Source: an uncultured bacterium
GTDB taxonomy: Bacteria > Patescibacteriota > Saccharimonadia > UBA4664 > SCTI01
Reading direction: 5' to 3'
Length of the DNA stretch: 64,000 nucleotides
Assembly: GCA_963721685.1 (NCBI GenBank)
Contig: CAVRJJ010000005.1
Coordinates: 396,980-460,979, forward strand
Of this stretch, positions 20,095 to 30,484 are shown piece by piece; position 1 is the stretch's first letter; every line of letters starts with the position of its first letter. Position numbers and translations under genes: made by a program. The notes under the pieces were generated by a model. It saw only the letters and a program-made list of their open reading frames with translations. It ran no database searches and was not told the origin of the DNA.

Positions 20095-21075
20095 GGAGGG
20101 TGTGTCAAAATTGGTGAGCAGGGTTGAAAGGTCAATAATATTAACGACCCCGTCTTCATTAAGATCGCCTGGTATACGCGGGCCAGCCTGGCCATAATTA
20201 TTAACGAGTACGCTAAGATCGGACACGCTTACCGAGACACCACCATCGGCAGACAACGTTTTTGCTCTCTCCGCGGACCGAAGCGTTTCCGACGGCTTGG
20301 ATACATTACCCTGGGCGTCAAAGGCAACTACATGATAGGAATACCCCTTCTTAGGCTCCACACCGGTGTCTGTATAGGTTGCGTCGGGGCTGCTGGCAAC
20401 TTGAACGCCGTTCCGGAAAACGCGGTAACCGCGCACTGAAACATTATCAACCGAGGGGCTCCAGCTAAGCGTGTTAGAGGCAGCGTCGGAGCGCGGGAGT
20501 GTCAGGCTTTCCGGAGCGCTCGGAGGGCTTTGGTCGGTGATTGTGTAGCTGCCAACATATTTCCTTATTTTTTTAACGCTGCTATCGTTTGCCCGCAAAA
20601 GCGTCGCTTCCGGCGTGAATTGAATGGAAGTTGTGCCGGAGCCGATTGTTACGAAATTGACAATGGCTATCTCTTGGACACCCGCTACCGATTTGCCTTC
20701 CTCGGCCGTCAAAGCGACGCGCACCGTGCCATCGCTTCCCTCGGCTAACGTTACCGCGGGAAAGGCGCTGGTAGCGGTGCTAATGCTGCTGAACCGCAAC
20801 TTGGTTTGGTCGTAAGTCAGCCCAGCCTGAATCGCCTTAACCGGATCGGCCCCATTATTGGTAAGGATGGTTACACTTACGGTTGATCCAAGGCTAAGGT
20901 TGGCCTGAGCCGGGTGCAGTGACAGGCTATCGCCCGCCGCCAAGCTTTTGTACACTACCATGATGCCCGCTAGCACAATTAATCCGGTCAACGTGGCCAC
21001 TAGCTTTAGGCGGGGATGCAGCTGCGTGAATACCGGAGGTTCCGCTTGTTTCCTCGTCTTTTTAGGTGCATTCAT
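20089..21075 (-). CDS. Exported cohesin + FN3 + dockerin-like protein
   Basis: AIQAGLTYDQTKL cohesin-like; LSWSPSVDNVSVRGYRVFRNG FN3; GDLNEDGVVNIIDLSTL dockerin-like. Confidence 0.8.
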   Translation of the reverse strand: MNAPKKTRKQAEPPVFTQLHPRLKLVATLTGLIVLAGIMVVYKSLAAGDSLSLHPAQANLSLGSTVSVTILTNNGADPVKAIQAGLTYDQTKLRFSSISTATSAFPAVTLAEGSDGTVRVALTAEEGKSVAGVQEIAIVNFVTIGSGTTSIQFTPEATLLRANDSSVKKIRKYVGSYTITDQSPPSAPESLTLPRSDAASNTLSWSPSVDNVSVRGYRVFRNGVQVASSPDATYTDTGVEPKKGYSYHVVAFDAQGNVSKPSETLRSAERAKTLSADGGVSVSVSDLSVLVNNYGQAGPRIPGDLNEDGVVNIIDLSTLLTNFDTPSL

Positions 21076-21959
21076 TATTTACGTCTCCGGTGTGAGGCCC
21101 ATATAAAGCTAAACAACAAAACTTCAACGCATAAGGCAGCGTACCAAACCAGGTCAGGGGAATAGCGCTTTGTTGCTAATCGTACGGTGTGGCGATGGAG
21201 GACTAATTCGGACCGAGGGTTAATAACAAAGGAACTGGCACGGGCTTGCCCATGAGCAGTTGTGGCTACTGGGTGTGCGCCTGAAGGTACATCATAAAAG
21301 CTGGCAACGCCGGTTGAGTCGGTTGTAGCGGTTGTATTGCTTACAGTAACTTTAGCGCCGGACACGGGTTTGTTATCTCTGGTAAGCACTTTTATAGCAA
21401 GTAGGTAGGAAGATGCTTTTTTCCTGTCTCCGGTGGTACTGTGGGTTGCCTGTCCGCCGGGCCGCAGGCTGAAGTTTCCGCCCGCGAGCGCTCCGTTCCA
21501 GATATTCTGATTGGGATTAGCTTGCTCGATAGCCGAGGCAGAATCAAAAGATAGGGCGGTAGCGCCAGTGCTGGCAAGCACCTTGAATGTGGCCGATCCT
21601 ACCAGTTGATTGCCGGTTAACGGAGAAGGGAGTTTAGCCCGGACAATTCGCAGTTTTCCTTGACCCCCCATTTCGACTGCCCGGATATTGAAGGCACTTG
21701 AAGCGGTGTCAATGCTTAGCAGCTCGAGGTGAAGAGGATTATAGGTCAAGCCAGCTTGGACAGCGTTGACGGCAATTGTCCCGCTGTCTTCTTTAATAGC
21801 CACTGTGAACGTACTGCCCTTTGTGTAGGTGCCGCTGGAAGGTGAAAGGGTGAAAATCCCTGTTCTTGTTGCTGCCTGACCGGGATGCGGCATACATACT
21901 ATAAGGCCCAGCGCTAAGCCCAGCGACCATCTCACCACGTTAGTTGCGAGCCTAATCAT
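21075..21959 (-). CDS. Cohesin + carboxypeptidase-regulatory-like domain protein with C-terminal TM anchor
   Basis: Signal peptide, VNAVQAGLTYNP, PVSGAKV...TDSTGVASF, TM helix plus RRRK. Confidence 0.75.
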   Translation of the reverse strand: MIRLATNVVRWSLGLALGLIVCMPHPGQAATRTGIFTLSPSSGTYTKGSTFTVAIKEDSGTIAVNAVQAGLTYNPLHLELLSIDTASSAFNIRAVEMGGQGKLRIVRAKLPSPLTGNQLVGSATFKVLASTGATALSFDSASAIEQANPNQNIWNGALAGGNFSLRPGGQATHSTTGDRKKASSYLLAIKVLTRDNKPVSGAKVTVSNTTATTDSTGVASFYDVPSGAHPVATTAHGQARASSFVINPRSELVLHRHTVRLATKRYSPDLVWYAALCVEVLLFSFIWASHRRRK

Positions 21960-22138
21960 AATACTTCAATAGTGATCATCCATAAGCATTTTAGCAAGCC
22001 CTTCTTAACGCTTATGCTTAGACTTGACTTATTGGTGCATAGCCATTAACCTTAAGCATAAGCTCTCTAATCTGGTGGAGGCTCAAAAATAAAGATGTCA
22101 AAAAATGATCGCTTTCTTATTTAACTTCAGAGGCAGCT

Positions 22139-23299
22139 ATTTTAGGCATATTTCATTCTGCGCTACAGGCTCCCGCCGACACTAAATTTACCCGGATTGT
22201 TACTTGGATCTCCGGCATTGCTCTTGGCATTGTTGTCGTGGGACTCGTTACGGGCTTTATCCCACCTCCCAAAGACGCATTTGCTGATTCGTCCAAAATT
22301 GTTAGCCTTTACTATGATGGCCAAAAGAAGGTTGTTACCACCAATGCCCCTACAGTGGCGGCCGCCTTATCTGAAGCGGGCGTTGAAATGGCCGCTGGTG
22401 ATTTGGTGGAGCCCAGCCCGACTACTCAAATTTCCGATGGTTTCTTCAATATTAATGTGTACCGTTCCCGGCCAGTGGTAGTTGTTGACGGGGTAAATCG
22501 GAAGGTGGTCCAAACCGCCCTGCAAAGCTCTCGCCTCATTGCCGAACAGGCGGGACTGAAGGTCTACCCGGAAGATACCTATGAAACAGCAGTTATTGAT
22601 GACATTGCCGGGCTAGGCAATGTGGGCCAGGTAATTACCATTAACCGCGCGGTGCCGGTAGTGCTGCTCGCGGATGGCCACGAGCAAACAGTCCGTACCC
22701 AGCAGAAAACGGTAGGCGGCTTGCTGCATGAGCGGGATGTCGCCTTTGGGCCCAAGGATACCGTTTCCGTAGACCGAGAGGCTGAGATTCAGCCCAAGAT
22801 GGTCATACAGGTTAACCGGGTAAAGGTGGTAGTGGTTAAGCAAACCGAAACGATTGGGCATGAGGTTACCACCATTAAAGACCCTAACCTTGAGAGCGGG
22901 ACGGTTGCCGTTAAAACTCCCGGCAAGCCGGGCCAAAAGGAGGTAACCTATCGAGTCCATTACCAAAATGGCAGCGAACAGGTGCGGGAAGTACTTGCCC
23001 AAACCGTTATTGAGCAGCCCGTTACCGAGGTAAAAGTTTACGGAACCAAGGCCAAGAGTGGCCCAACGCCTGAAAATTGGCTTCGTTTGCGCTTGTGTGA
23101 ATCCGGGAATAATTACGCTAATAAGCACAATAGTTTGTACCGGGGTGCCTATCAGTTCTCTTATGGAACATGGGGGTCGGTTGGCGGGAGTGGGGATCCC
23201 GCCGACGCCTCACCGGCCGAGCAGGATATGCGGGCCCAGCTTCTCTACAGTCGCAGGGGTGCATCCCCGTGGCCGGTGTGCGGTCGGTTCCTCCGCTAA
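22139..23299 (+). CDS. RpfB/YabE-like protein (DUF348 repeats, G5 and Rpf-type transglycosylase); proposed ATT start (track start 22238)
   Basis: LCESGNNY, GAYQFSYGTW and PWPVC Rpf motifs; G5 domain; the upstream extension restores a complete TM helix. Confidence 0.9.
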   Translation: MLGIFHSALQAPADTKFTRIVTWISGIALGIVVVGLVTGFIPPPKDAFADSSKIVSLYYDGQKKVVTTNAPTVAAALSEAGVEMAAGDLVEPSPTTQISDGFFNINVYRSRPVVVVDGVNRKVVQTALQSSRLIAEQAGLKVYPEDTYETAVIDDIAGLGNVGQVITINRAVPVVLLADGHEQTVRTQQKTVGGLLHERDVAFGPKDTVSVDREAEIQPKMVIQVNRVKVVVVKQTETIGHEVTTIKDPNLESGTVAVKTPGKPGQKEVTYRVHYQNGSEQVREVLAQTVIEQPVTEVKVYGTKAKSGPTPENWLRLRLCESGNNYANKHNSLYRGAYQFSYGTWGSVGGSGDPADASPAEQDMRAQLLYSRRGASPWPVCGRFLR

Positions 23300-23309
23300 A
23301 TACCCTTGC

Positions 23310-23582
23310 TTAGGCTCGCATATTGCCGCGGCGGAAGAGGTTTACAATTGCCAACAAGACAACGGCCCCCAAGATGGCCACCAGCAGGCTGTAGAAGTTG
23401 AAGCCAGTGGCGCCGCTTCCTCCCAGCGCCTGCATAAGGTAGCCGCCAAGAATGGCCCCGATTATACCCACAATCACGTTGCCGGCAGCACCTTGCTCTT
23501 GGTTGGTGCGCATGATAATGGAAGCAATCCATCCGGCGAGCCCCCCAAATACAATCCACGCTAATATACTAAACAGATCCAT
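23310..23582 (-). CDS. GlsB/YeaQ/YmgE family stress-response membrane protein
   Basis: WIVFGGLAGWIAS and NVIVGIIGAILGG; SD AGGAGGAG. Confidence 0.92.
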   Translation of the reverse strand: MDLFSILAWIVFGGLAGWIASIIMRTNQEQGAAGNVIVGIIGAILGGYLMQALGGSGATGFNFYSLLVAILGAVVLLAIVNLFRRGNMRA

Positions 23583-23743
23583 CAACTCCTCCTTTCACTA
23601 TTGTTTCTCTTATACGCTCAAGCCTACTCCTGCTAAGCAATTGCTTCATGGGTAAAACTGCTAATTATTTAGTTCCATTGAGGCGCTAAATCCGCCTTTT
23701 TGTATAATCCGACCATTTTCCTCCTGTACGTTAGAATAGGTAT

Positions 23744-24574
23744 ATGGATTTAAGCAATATCGATGAGCTGCGCGGTGCCTTGCGGTTGGCCGGGCTGCGT
23801 CCGCATAAAAGTTTAGGGCAGCACTTCTTAGTTAACCAGGAAAGTTTAGAGGCGGTAATGGCAGCGGGCAACTTAACCGGCAGTGATACGGTGCTGGAGA
23901 TTGGGCCGGGGCTTGGGGTTATGACAGGTCCCCTTTCCAAACAAGCTAAAAAAGTAGTGGCAGTCGAAGCCGACCCAGTGCTGGCAAACATCCTTTCCCA
24001 TAGTCAGCCAGCAAATGTTGAAGTAATAAATCAAGATATTATGCGGTTCGACCTAAACCACCTCCCGGCGGGATATAAAGTAATCGCCAATATCCCTTAC
24101 TACCTGACCTCAATGATTATCCGCTTGCTCATGGAAGCCCAGAACAAGCCTACACGCGTAGCGCTGCTCATTCAAAAGGAGGTAGCCCAGCGCATTACCG
24201 CGAAGCCCGGGAAAATGAGTGTTCTGGCTCTTAGTGTCCAGTATTATGGGATGCCCGTTTTGCTTGAAACGGTGGAGCGATACAAGTTTTGGCCAGCCCC
24301 AAAGGTAGATTCGGCAATTTTGCAAATTACGTTAACCCAAAAGCCGGCATTTGAGGCAGACCGTTCTAAACTTTTTCGGCTCATCAAAGCTGGCTTTGGA
24401 GAAAAGCGTAAGATGATGAAAACCAGTTTGGCGGGTGGCTTAAATATTGAGCTTCCCTTGGCCATAGAGCTAATGGAAGCTGCTTCATTAGACCTTAGCG
24501 CCAGAGCCCAGGAACTTGACATGGAGGGGTGGGGTCGGCTTTACCGCGCGGCCGATAAGCGCGGAGTCCTGTAG
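23744..24574 (+). CDS. rsmA: 16S rRNA dimethyladenosine transferase
   Basis: KSLGQHFL, LEIGPGLG, ANIPYY and PKVDS. Confidence 0.96.
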   Translation: MDLSNIDELRGALRLAGLRPHKSLGQHFLVNQESLEAVMAAGNLTGSDTVLEIGPGLGVMTGPLSKQAKKVVAVEADPVLANILSHSQPANVEVINQDIMRFDLNHLPAGYKVIANIPYYLTSMIIRLLMEAQNKPTRVALLIQKEVAQRITAKPGKMSVLALSVQYYGMPVLLETVERYKFWPAPKVDSAILQITLTQKPAFEADRSKLFRLIKAGFGEKRKMMKTSLAGGLNIELPLAIELMEAASLDLSARAQELDMEGWGRLYRAADKRGVL

Positions 24575-24616
24575 CCGCGCATAGACGCCTAACCTGATTT
24601 TCGTTACACTAGCCCT

Positions 24617-26056
24617 ATGCCAAAATTTTACCTTACAACCCCGATATACTATGTTAACGACCTGCCCCATATCGGCACCGCTTACACCACGATCGCGGCT
24701 GATGTGCTGGCCCGCTACCACCGCCAACAGGGAGATGAAGTTTTATTCGCGACAGGTTCCGATGAGAATGGCCAAAAGATCGTCAGGGCAGCCGAAAAAG
24801 CCGGTAAGACGCCAGCCGAGTATGTTAGCGGCATGGCGGAATCATGGCAAAAAACCTGGGAACAGCTGGGTATCAGCCACGACCGGTTTATTCGTACCAC
24901 CGAGAAAGACCACATCGACGGGGTAACGGCATTTATTGCCAAGGTACAGGCGTCCGAGGATCTTTATAAGGGTGTTTATGAAGGCCTCTACTGTGTCGGT
25001 TGTGAGGAATTTAAAAAAGAAGCTGATTTGGTAGATGGTCATTGTCCCGAGCACCCCAATCAGGAAATTGAGCAGTTAAAAGAAGATAATTATTTCTTTA
25101 AGTTAAGTAAGTATCAGGATAAATTATTGGCGCATATTGACGCCAATCCCGATTTTATCCAGCCGGAAAGTCGACGCAATGAGGTGGTCCAGTTCATTAA
25201 GCAGGGGTTGGAGGATTTTAGCGTTTCCCGGCCGAACAAAGGATGGGGTATACCGTGGCCTGATGACAAAAACCAGGTAGTGTACGTATGGTTTGACGCA
25301 TTAGTAAATTATCTGGTAGTCGCGGGATACCCGAAAGACTTGAGCCACTGGTGGCCCGCCGACCTGCATTTGGTGGGCAAAAATATTATTAAGTTCCACT
25401 GTGTTTATTGGCCCGCGATGTTAATGAGCGCCGGGCTGCCGCTTCCCAAGCAAGTCTTTGCCCATGGTTTTTTTACGGTTGATGGCCAGAAAATCTCGAA
25501 ATCATTAGGGAACGCCATTAATCCGGTTGAACTGGCCGGAACCTACGGGGTTGATGCCCTGCGCTTCTATTTGTTGCGCGAGATTAAGTTTGGCGGGGAC
25601 GGGGAATTTAGCCATGAGCGCTTCAGGCAAGTGTATGAATCGGAGCTGGCTAATGATTTAGGGAATGCCGTTCAACGCGTTGCAACAATGATTGCCCGCT
25701 ACATGGGCGGCACAATCAGTGAGGTCCCCAAAGCTTCCCACGACGTTGGGTTGGTCCATCAGGCGATGGCCGAACTGCGCCTCGATAAAGCCTTAGAAGA
25801 GCTATGGGTCCATGTCCGCGGGATCAACCAATATATTGAAGCTGAAAAGCCCTGGGAGCTGGCCAAGAGTGATGTTAACCAGTTAGCGATTGTTCTGCAG
25901 CAAGCGGTAGGGGATCTGCTGCATGTCGCGGAGTTATTGCTGCCATTTATTCCGGCTACCGCTCAACGGATCGCCCAAACATTCGAAGGCGGACAGGTGC
26001 ATCCCGAAGTTGGGATATTATTTCCCAAGTTTGATGAAACCCCCGCCCCAAAGTAG
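24617..26056 (+). CDS. metG: Methionine--tRNA ligase, short form
   Basis: HIGT, YCVGCE...CPEH and KISKS; no C-terminal tRNA-binding domain. Confidence 0.96.
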   Translation: MPKFYLTTPIYYVNDLPHIGTAYTTIAADVLARYHRQQGDEVLFATGSDENGQKIVRAAEKAGKTPAEYVSGMAESWQKTWEQLGISHDRFIRTTEKDHIDGVTAFIAKVQASEDLYKGVYEGLYCVGCEEFKKEADLVDGHCPEHPNQEIEQLKEDNYFFKLSKYQDKLLAHIDANPDFIQPESRRNEVVQFIKQGLEDFSVSRPNKGWGIPWPDDKNQVVYVWFDALVNYLVVAGYPKDLSHWWPADLHLVGKNIIKFHCVYWPAMLMSAGLPLPKQVFAHGFFTVDGQKISKSLGNAINPVELAGTYGVDALRFYLLREIKFGGDGEFSHERFRQVYESELANDLGNAVQRVATMIARYMGGTISEVPKASHDVGLVHQAMAELRLDKALEELWVHVRGINQYIEAEKPWELAKSDVNQLAIVLQQAVGDLLHVAELLLPFIPATAQRIAQTFEGGQVHPEVGILFPKFDETPAPK

Positions 26057-26062
26057 CTTGAC

Positions 26063-26821
26063 ATGTCGTTAATTGACACCCACGCGCATATTCATTTTGA
26101 TAGCTTTGCGGGCCAGGTTGACGCGGTGCTGCACCGCGCCAATGAAGAGGGTGTTCAGCAAATAATTACGGTTGGGGTAACCACCGCCGACAGCCGGAAA
26201 GCCGTTGACCTGGCAAGCACTTACGAGAATGTTTGGGCTGCGGTTGGCATCCATCCTCACGAGGCCGGTGAGGCTATTCAGGGTATTGATTATCTGCGAG
26301 ACCTTACGAAACGGCGTAAGGTAATAGCGGTTGGTGAGTGCGGTTTGGACGCGGTTAAATCCAAAACCAGCCGGGAGGAGCAGGAAAAAGCTCTTCGCCT
26401 TCAAATCGAGTTGGCCCTGGAATGTCAGCTGCCCTTAATCTTCCACGTGCGGGAAGCCTTTGATGATTTTGTGGCTATTATTGCCCACTACCCCGAGGTG
26501 CGCGGAATCGTCCACAGTTTTAGCGCCGGAATCAAAGAGGCCAGCCGCATTGTTGAAAAAGGCTTGTTGCTGGGAATAAACGGCATAGTAACCTTTCCCA
26601 ACAGTCAGGCCCTTCAAGAGGCGGTCAAGCGGATGTCCTCCAGCCACATCGTGCTAGAAACCGATTGCCCTTTCCTAAGTCCGGTGCCATATCGGGGGAA
26701 GACCAACGAACCGGCCCGGGTAGTGGATATTGCAGAGCGGGTAGCGGCGTTACGGGCGGAATATCCCGCCGAGGTAAGTTCTTTTACTTCAGCTAACGCT
26801 AGGGAGCTGTTTGGCATATGA
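26063..26821 (+). CDS. tatD: TatD family hydrolase
   Basis: DTHAH, GIHPH, GECGLD and ETDCPFL. Confidence 0.93.
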   Translation: MSLIDTHAHIHFDSFAGQVDAVLHRANEEGVQQIITVGVTTADSRKAVDLASTYENVWAAVGIHPHEAGEAIQGIDYLRDLTKRRKVIAVGECGLDAVKSKTSREEQEKALRLQIELALECQLPLIFHVREAFDDFVAIIAHYPEVRGIVHSFSAGIKEASRIVEKGLLLGINGIVTFPNSQALQEAVKRMSSSHIVLETDCPFLSPVPYRGKTNEPARVVDIAERVAALRAEYPAEVSSFTSANARELFGI

Positions 26822-28002
26822 ACTACTGCTATCTCGATTACGCGTCAGCTACGCCGGTGGACCCAATGGTTGCTTCGGTTATGAGGAACTATGCTGAAAA
26901 CCAGTTTGCCAACCCTTCTTCCCCGCACAGTCCAGGACAGCGAGCGCGAACCTCCTTGGAAGCTGCCCGCGCCGAGGTGGCGGGTATTCTTGGAGTGAAG
27001 TCATCCGAAATTATTTTTACCAGCGGCTCTACCGAAGGAGCGCAGATTGCCATCGCCGGCGTCTTGGAAACTTTCCCGGGTAGCGGGGTAGTGGTGTCAT
27101 CAATTGAGCATAAAGCAATTTTGCAGACAGCGGCTAATTTCTGCCATACGCTGCCCGCCTCTATCGCTTGTGATGCCCGCGGTATTGTCCAGCCGGAAGC
27201 GGTGGTGGCCAGTATTAGCGACACTACCGCGCTAGTGTGTGTCCAATACGCTAACAATGAGATAGGAACACTCCAGCCGATTGCCAAGATCGCGTTAGAA
27301 ATGGCTAAAATCCGGATTCAACGGGCCAAGCGGAACGTAAAGCTTCCCCTTTATCTCTACTGCGACGCTGCCCAGGCCGGGCTTTTAAGCCTGCAGATGA
27401 GCCGGCTGGGGGTGGACTTATTAAGTATGGGCGGATCAAAAATCTATGGCCCTGCTGGCAGCGGCTTCTTGTACATTCGCACGGGCGTAGCGCTTAAACC
27501 GTTGTTTGAGGGGGGCGGACAGGAGCGTGGCTTACGGGGCGGCTCGGAGAACGTGGCGGCGGCAGTAGGATTAGGGGCAGCCCTGGGCCTTGTGCAGCGT
27601 TCCCGGAGCATAGAGAGTAAGCGATTAAAAGGGTTGCGAGAGGATTTGCGAAAGACAATTCTGCAAACAATTGAGGGGGTGCAGCTAAATGGTTCACTTG
27701 ACCACCGCTTGCCCGGTAACCTGCACTTAAGTTTTGACAATTGCTTGGGAGAGGACTTAGTTGCCCATCTTGACGTTGCCGGATTCGCGGTAGCGACAGG
27801 CTCGGCCTGTACGGCAGCCTACCAAGACCCTTCCCATGTTCTTCTAGCTATCGGTTGCAGTCGGGAAAGGGCAGAATCAAGTTTACGTATCAGCTTGGGG
27901 CGGCTTACCACCGTAGCCGAGCTGGACCGCTTCGCGGTTTCCCTTGCTCTGGCGGTAAAAAATATCCGCCAACACGCGATAAACCGCGATGGGTTACAAT
28001 AA
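26818..28002 (+). CDS. iscS: Cysteine desulfurase (IscS/NifS type)
   Basis: YLDYASATP, ANNEIG, KIYGP and GSAC. Confidence 0.9.
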   Translation: MNYCYLDYASATPVDPMVASVMRNYAENQFANPSSPHSPGQRARTSLEAARAEVAGILGVKSSEIIFTSGSTEGAQIAIAGVLETFPGSGVVVSSIEHKAILQTAANFCHTLPASIACDARGIVQPEAVVASISDTTALVCVQYANNEIGTLQPIAKIALEMAKIRIQRAKRNVKLPLYLYCDAAQAGLLSLQMSRLGVDLLSMGGSKIYGPAGSGFLYIRTGVALKPLFEGGGQERGLRGGSENVAAAVGLGAALGLVQRSRSIESKRLKGLREDLRKTILQTIEGVQLNGSLDHRLPGNLHLSFDNCLGEDLVAHLDVAGFAVATGSACTAAYQDPSHVLLAIGCSRERAESSLRISLGRLTTVAELDRFAVSLALAVKNIRQHAINRDGLQ

Positions 28003-28006
28003 TTCC

Positions 28007-28609
28007 ATGAAGCTGCTTATGGCTTTTTTAATAACAATTGCCGTGTTCGCCGCGCTGATTGCCTGTTGCATAGTAGGAATCGGCTTCTTCCTATCTCCAC
28101 AGAGCAAGTTACAAAACGCCGACCTAATCGTTGCAATAAGCGGGGGGGAGACCCAGCAGCGAACCGCCGAAGCCATTAAGCTGTATAACCAGGGACGTGC
28201 TGGTAAAATACTATTTTCCGGAGCGGCGGCCGACCCCACCGGGCCATCCAACGCCGCGGCTATGCGGGCCGACGCTCTGCGCGCGGGGGTGCCGGACAGC
28301 GCGATTATTATTGAAGAGAAATCAACGAGCACTCTGGAGAACGCGGAAATGGCCGCGCCGCTTATCACGGAGCTGGGGGCAAAGTCTATCATCCTGGTTA
28401 CCTCCCCTTACCATCAGCGGCGTGCCAGTATAGACTTCTCGCTTTACCTGGGAGATGACGTCGCCATCTTAAACCATTCCGCGACCGACAGTTCCTGGCG
28501 GAAGAGTAATTGGTGGCAGAAGGAAAAAACAATTAGCCTCACAATGAGCGAGCTCCAAAAAACCTTTTACGGATTGTCGGTCCAACCTAAAGATAAGGCT
28601 ACCGACTAG
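28007..28609 (+). CDS. YdcF/DUF218 family protein
   Basis: ISGG, FSG, STSTLENA and VTSPYHQRRA; start 6 nt after TACAAT. Confidence 0.88.
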   Translation: MKLLMAFLITIAVFAALIACCIVGIGFFLSPQSKLQNADLIVAISGGETQQRTAEAIKLYNQGRAGKILFSGAAADPTGPSNAAAMRADALRAGVPDSAIIIEEKSTSTLENAEMAAPLITELGAKSIILVTSPYHQRRASIDFSLYLGDDVAILNHSATDSSWRKSNWWQKEKTISLTMSELQKTFYGLSVQPKDKATD

Positions 28610-28642
28610 ACTTTACCCTGTCGCTAGCGGCATAATAGAAGC

Positions 28643-29344
28643 ATGAGAAGTTTGCGGTGGCTGGTGGTGCTCGTCGTGCTCCTGGGAACCAATGAGGTTT
28701 TCGCGGAAACATTGCGCTCCCCCAACTTTACAATTGATGAAAGCTTTGTGGGCGGGGGTGGCCAGGTTGAAGGCAGTTCAACAAACTTTAAGGCCCGGGA
28801 CGCGATAGGTGAGGCGGGGGTGGGCGATTCCAGCTCTACCAATTTCCAAACCAACTCCGGATACATCACCACCAATGATCCCGCCCTGACGTTTGTGGTG
28901 AACACCACCACCATTAATTTTGGCGCCCTTTCAACCTCGGCTACCGCCACGGCCAACTCCACCTTCAGTGTCATCAATTACACCAGCTATGGGTACGCCG
29001 TCCAAACGGTGGGGCCGCCGCCCCAAACGGGCAGCTATACGCTAACCGGTATGTCTACGGCCGGCCCTTCCCAAACCGGGGTTGAGCAATATGGTATTAA
29101 TTTGCGCGCCAATACCTCTCCGGTAGCATTCGGCGGTAATCCTCTCGGAGGCTTTGGCACGGCAGCGAGCGGCTATGCCCTTCCGGATAATTTTAAATAT
29201 ATTGCCGGGGACACGATTGCCTCTGCTCCTAAAAGTTCCGGGCAAACCGATTACACAATTTCATATATCGTTAACGCTTCGAGTAATACAAGAGGTGGAA
29301 CGTACACCGGCATTCAATCATTAGTATGTACCGGCACTTATTAG
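28643..29344 (+). CDS. Secreted WxL/pilin-like beta-sandwich subunit 1
   Basis: Signal peptide; QYGINL; C-terminal GGTYTGIQSLVCTGTY. Confidence 0.7.
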   Translation: MRSLRWLVVLVVLLGTNEVFAETLRSPNFTIDESFVGGGGQVEGSSTNFKARDAIGEAGVGDSSSTNFQTNSGYITTNDPALTFVVNTTTINFGALSTSATATANSTFSVINYTSYGYAVQTVGPPPQTGSYTLTGMSTAGPSQTGVEQYGINLRANTSPVAFGGNPLGGFGTAASGYALPDNFKYIAGDTIASAPKSSGQTDYTISYIVNASSNTRGGTYTGIQSLVCTGTY

Positions 29345-29417
29345 CATAAGCACTTTCTTGACTTTCATAAATTGCTAATGCTACAATATCTCTAGAACAA
29401 AAGGGCTAACTAACTTT

Positions 29418-30482
29418 ATGAAATCAAAACTCCAGTCGCTCCTAAAAAATATCTCGCCATTCGTTATTACCGGGTTGCTATTATCATCATTTTTGCCAGG
29501 CATAGCTAACGCCGCGCAAATAACCAACCGCAAAGTTACCCTGGGAACCTCGCAGCCCAGCGTATCGACCAGCCACAACTACACCTTCACCGCTCCTTCG
29601 GCTACAACCGTACAGTCTGTTGATTTCCTTTACTGTACCGCCCCGTCGGGTACCTGTACGACTCCAGCAGGAATAACTACAACCACCGCAGCCTTAAATG
29701 GTTCGCCGGGCAACCTGGGCAGTGGCGGCACCTGGACGATTGGCGGCACCCCCACAAACGGGCGTGTACAGATTGCCAACGCTTCCAATACGGGGTCACC
29801 TAGCGCTGGCGCAACCGTTAACTTCAATACCATTACCAACCCGAGTCTCGGCGCAAACAACCAAAATAGCTTTTATGTCCGCATCGTAACCTACTCCGAT
29901 GCCGCTTGGACTACCCCCATCGATTCAGGCACGGTAGCCGGGAGCGTTACCAACCAGATCCAAGTAACCGCTTCGGTGGATGAAACGCTTAACTTCTGCG
30001 CCTTCCAAACCGGCACCACTTGCGCCAATGGCACGGGGACTACCGTAGCGCTCGGCACCCTAAGCAGCTCTACCCCAACCAGCAGTACCTCAAAAATGGT
30101 CGCTGGAACCAACGCTACCTCGGGATATGTAATTCAGTACACGGGCGCAACTTTAACCAGTGGTCCTAACACCATTGCTGCAACCGGGACGGGCGGAGCC
30201 ACTTCTGCAGCAGGGAGTTCACAATTTGGCATTAACTTAGTCTCCAATACCACACCTTCAGTTGGCTCGGCTGCCTCGGGTGGCACGGGAGCTGCTTCTA
30301 CGAACTATGCCACCGCAAATACTTTCTCTTTCGTGCCCAGCACCTTAACTCAAGTTGCTTCGGCCGCGGCGGCGACTTCGGATACCCTCTACACCGTGGC
30401 GTACCTGGCTAACATCTCGGCGGCCCAGCCGGCGGGTGCTTATTCCACAACATTGACCTATATCTGTACCGCGACCTTCTAA
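29418..30482 (+). CDS. Secreted two-domain WxL/pilin-like subunit 2
   Basis: ANA|AQI signal; QFGINL; C-terminal QPAGAYSTTLTYICTATF; own promoter TTGACT-N18-TACAAT. Confidence 0.75.
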   Translation: MKSKLQSLLKNISPFVITGLLLSSFLPGIANAAQITNRKVTLGTSQPSVSTSHNYTFTAPSATTVQSVDFLYCTAPSGTCTTPAGITTTTAALNGSPGNLGSGGTWTIGGTPTNGRVQIANASNTGSPSAGATVNFNTITNPSLGANNQNSFYVRIVTYSDAAWTTPIDSGTVAGSVTNQIQVTASVDETLNFCAFQTGTTCANGTGTTVALGTLSSSTPTSSTSKMVAGTNATSGYVIQYTGATLTSGPNTIAATGTGGATSAAGSSQFGINLVSNTTPSVGSAASGGTGAASTNYATANTFSFVPSTLTQVASAAAATSDTLYTVAYLANISAAQPAGAYSTTLTYICTATF

Positions 30483-30484
30483 GC

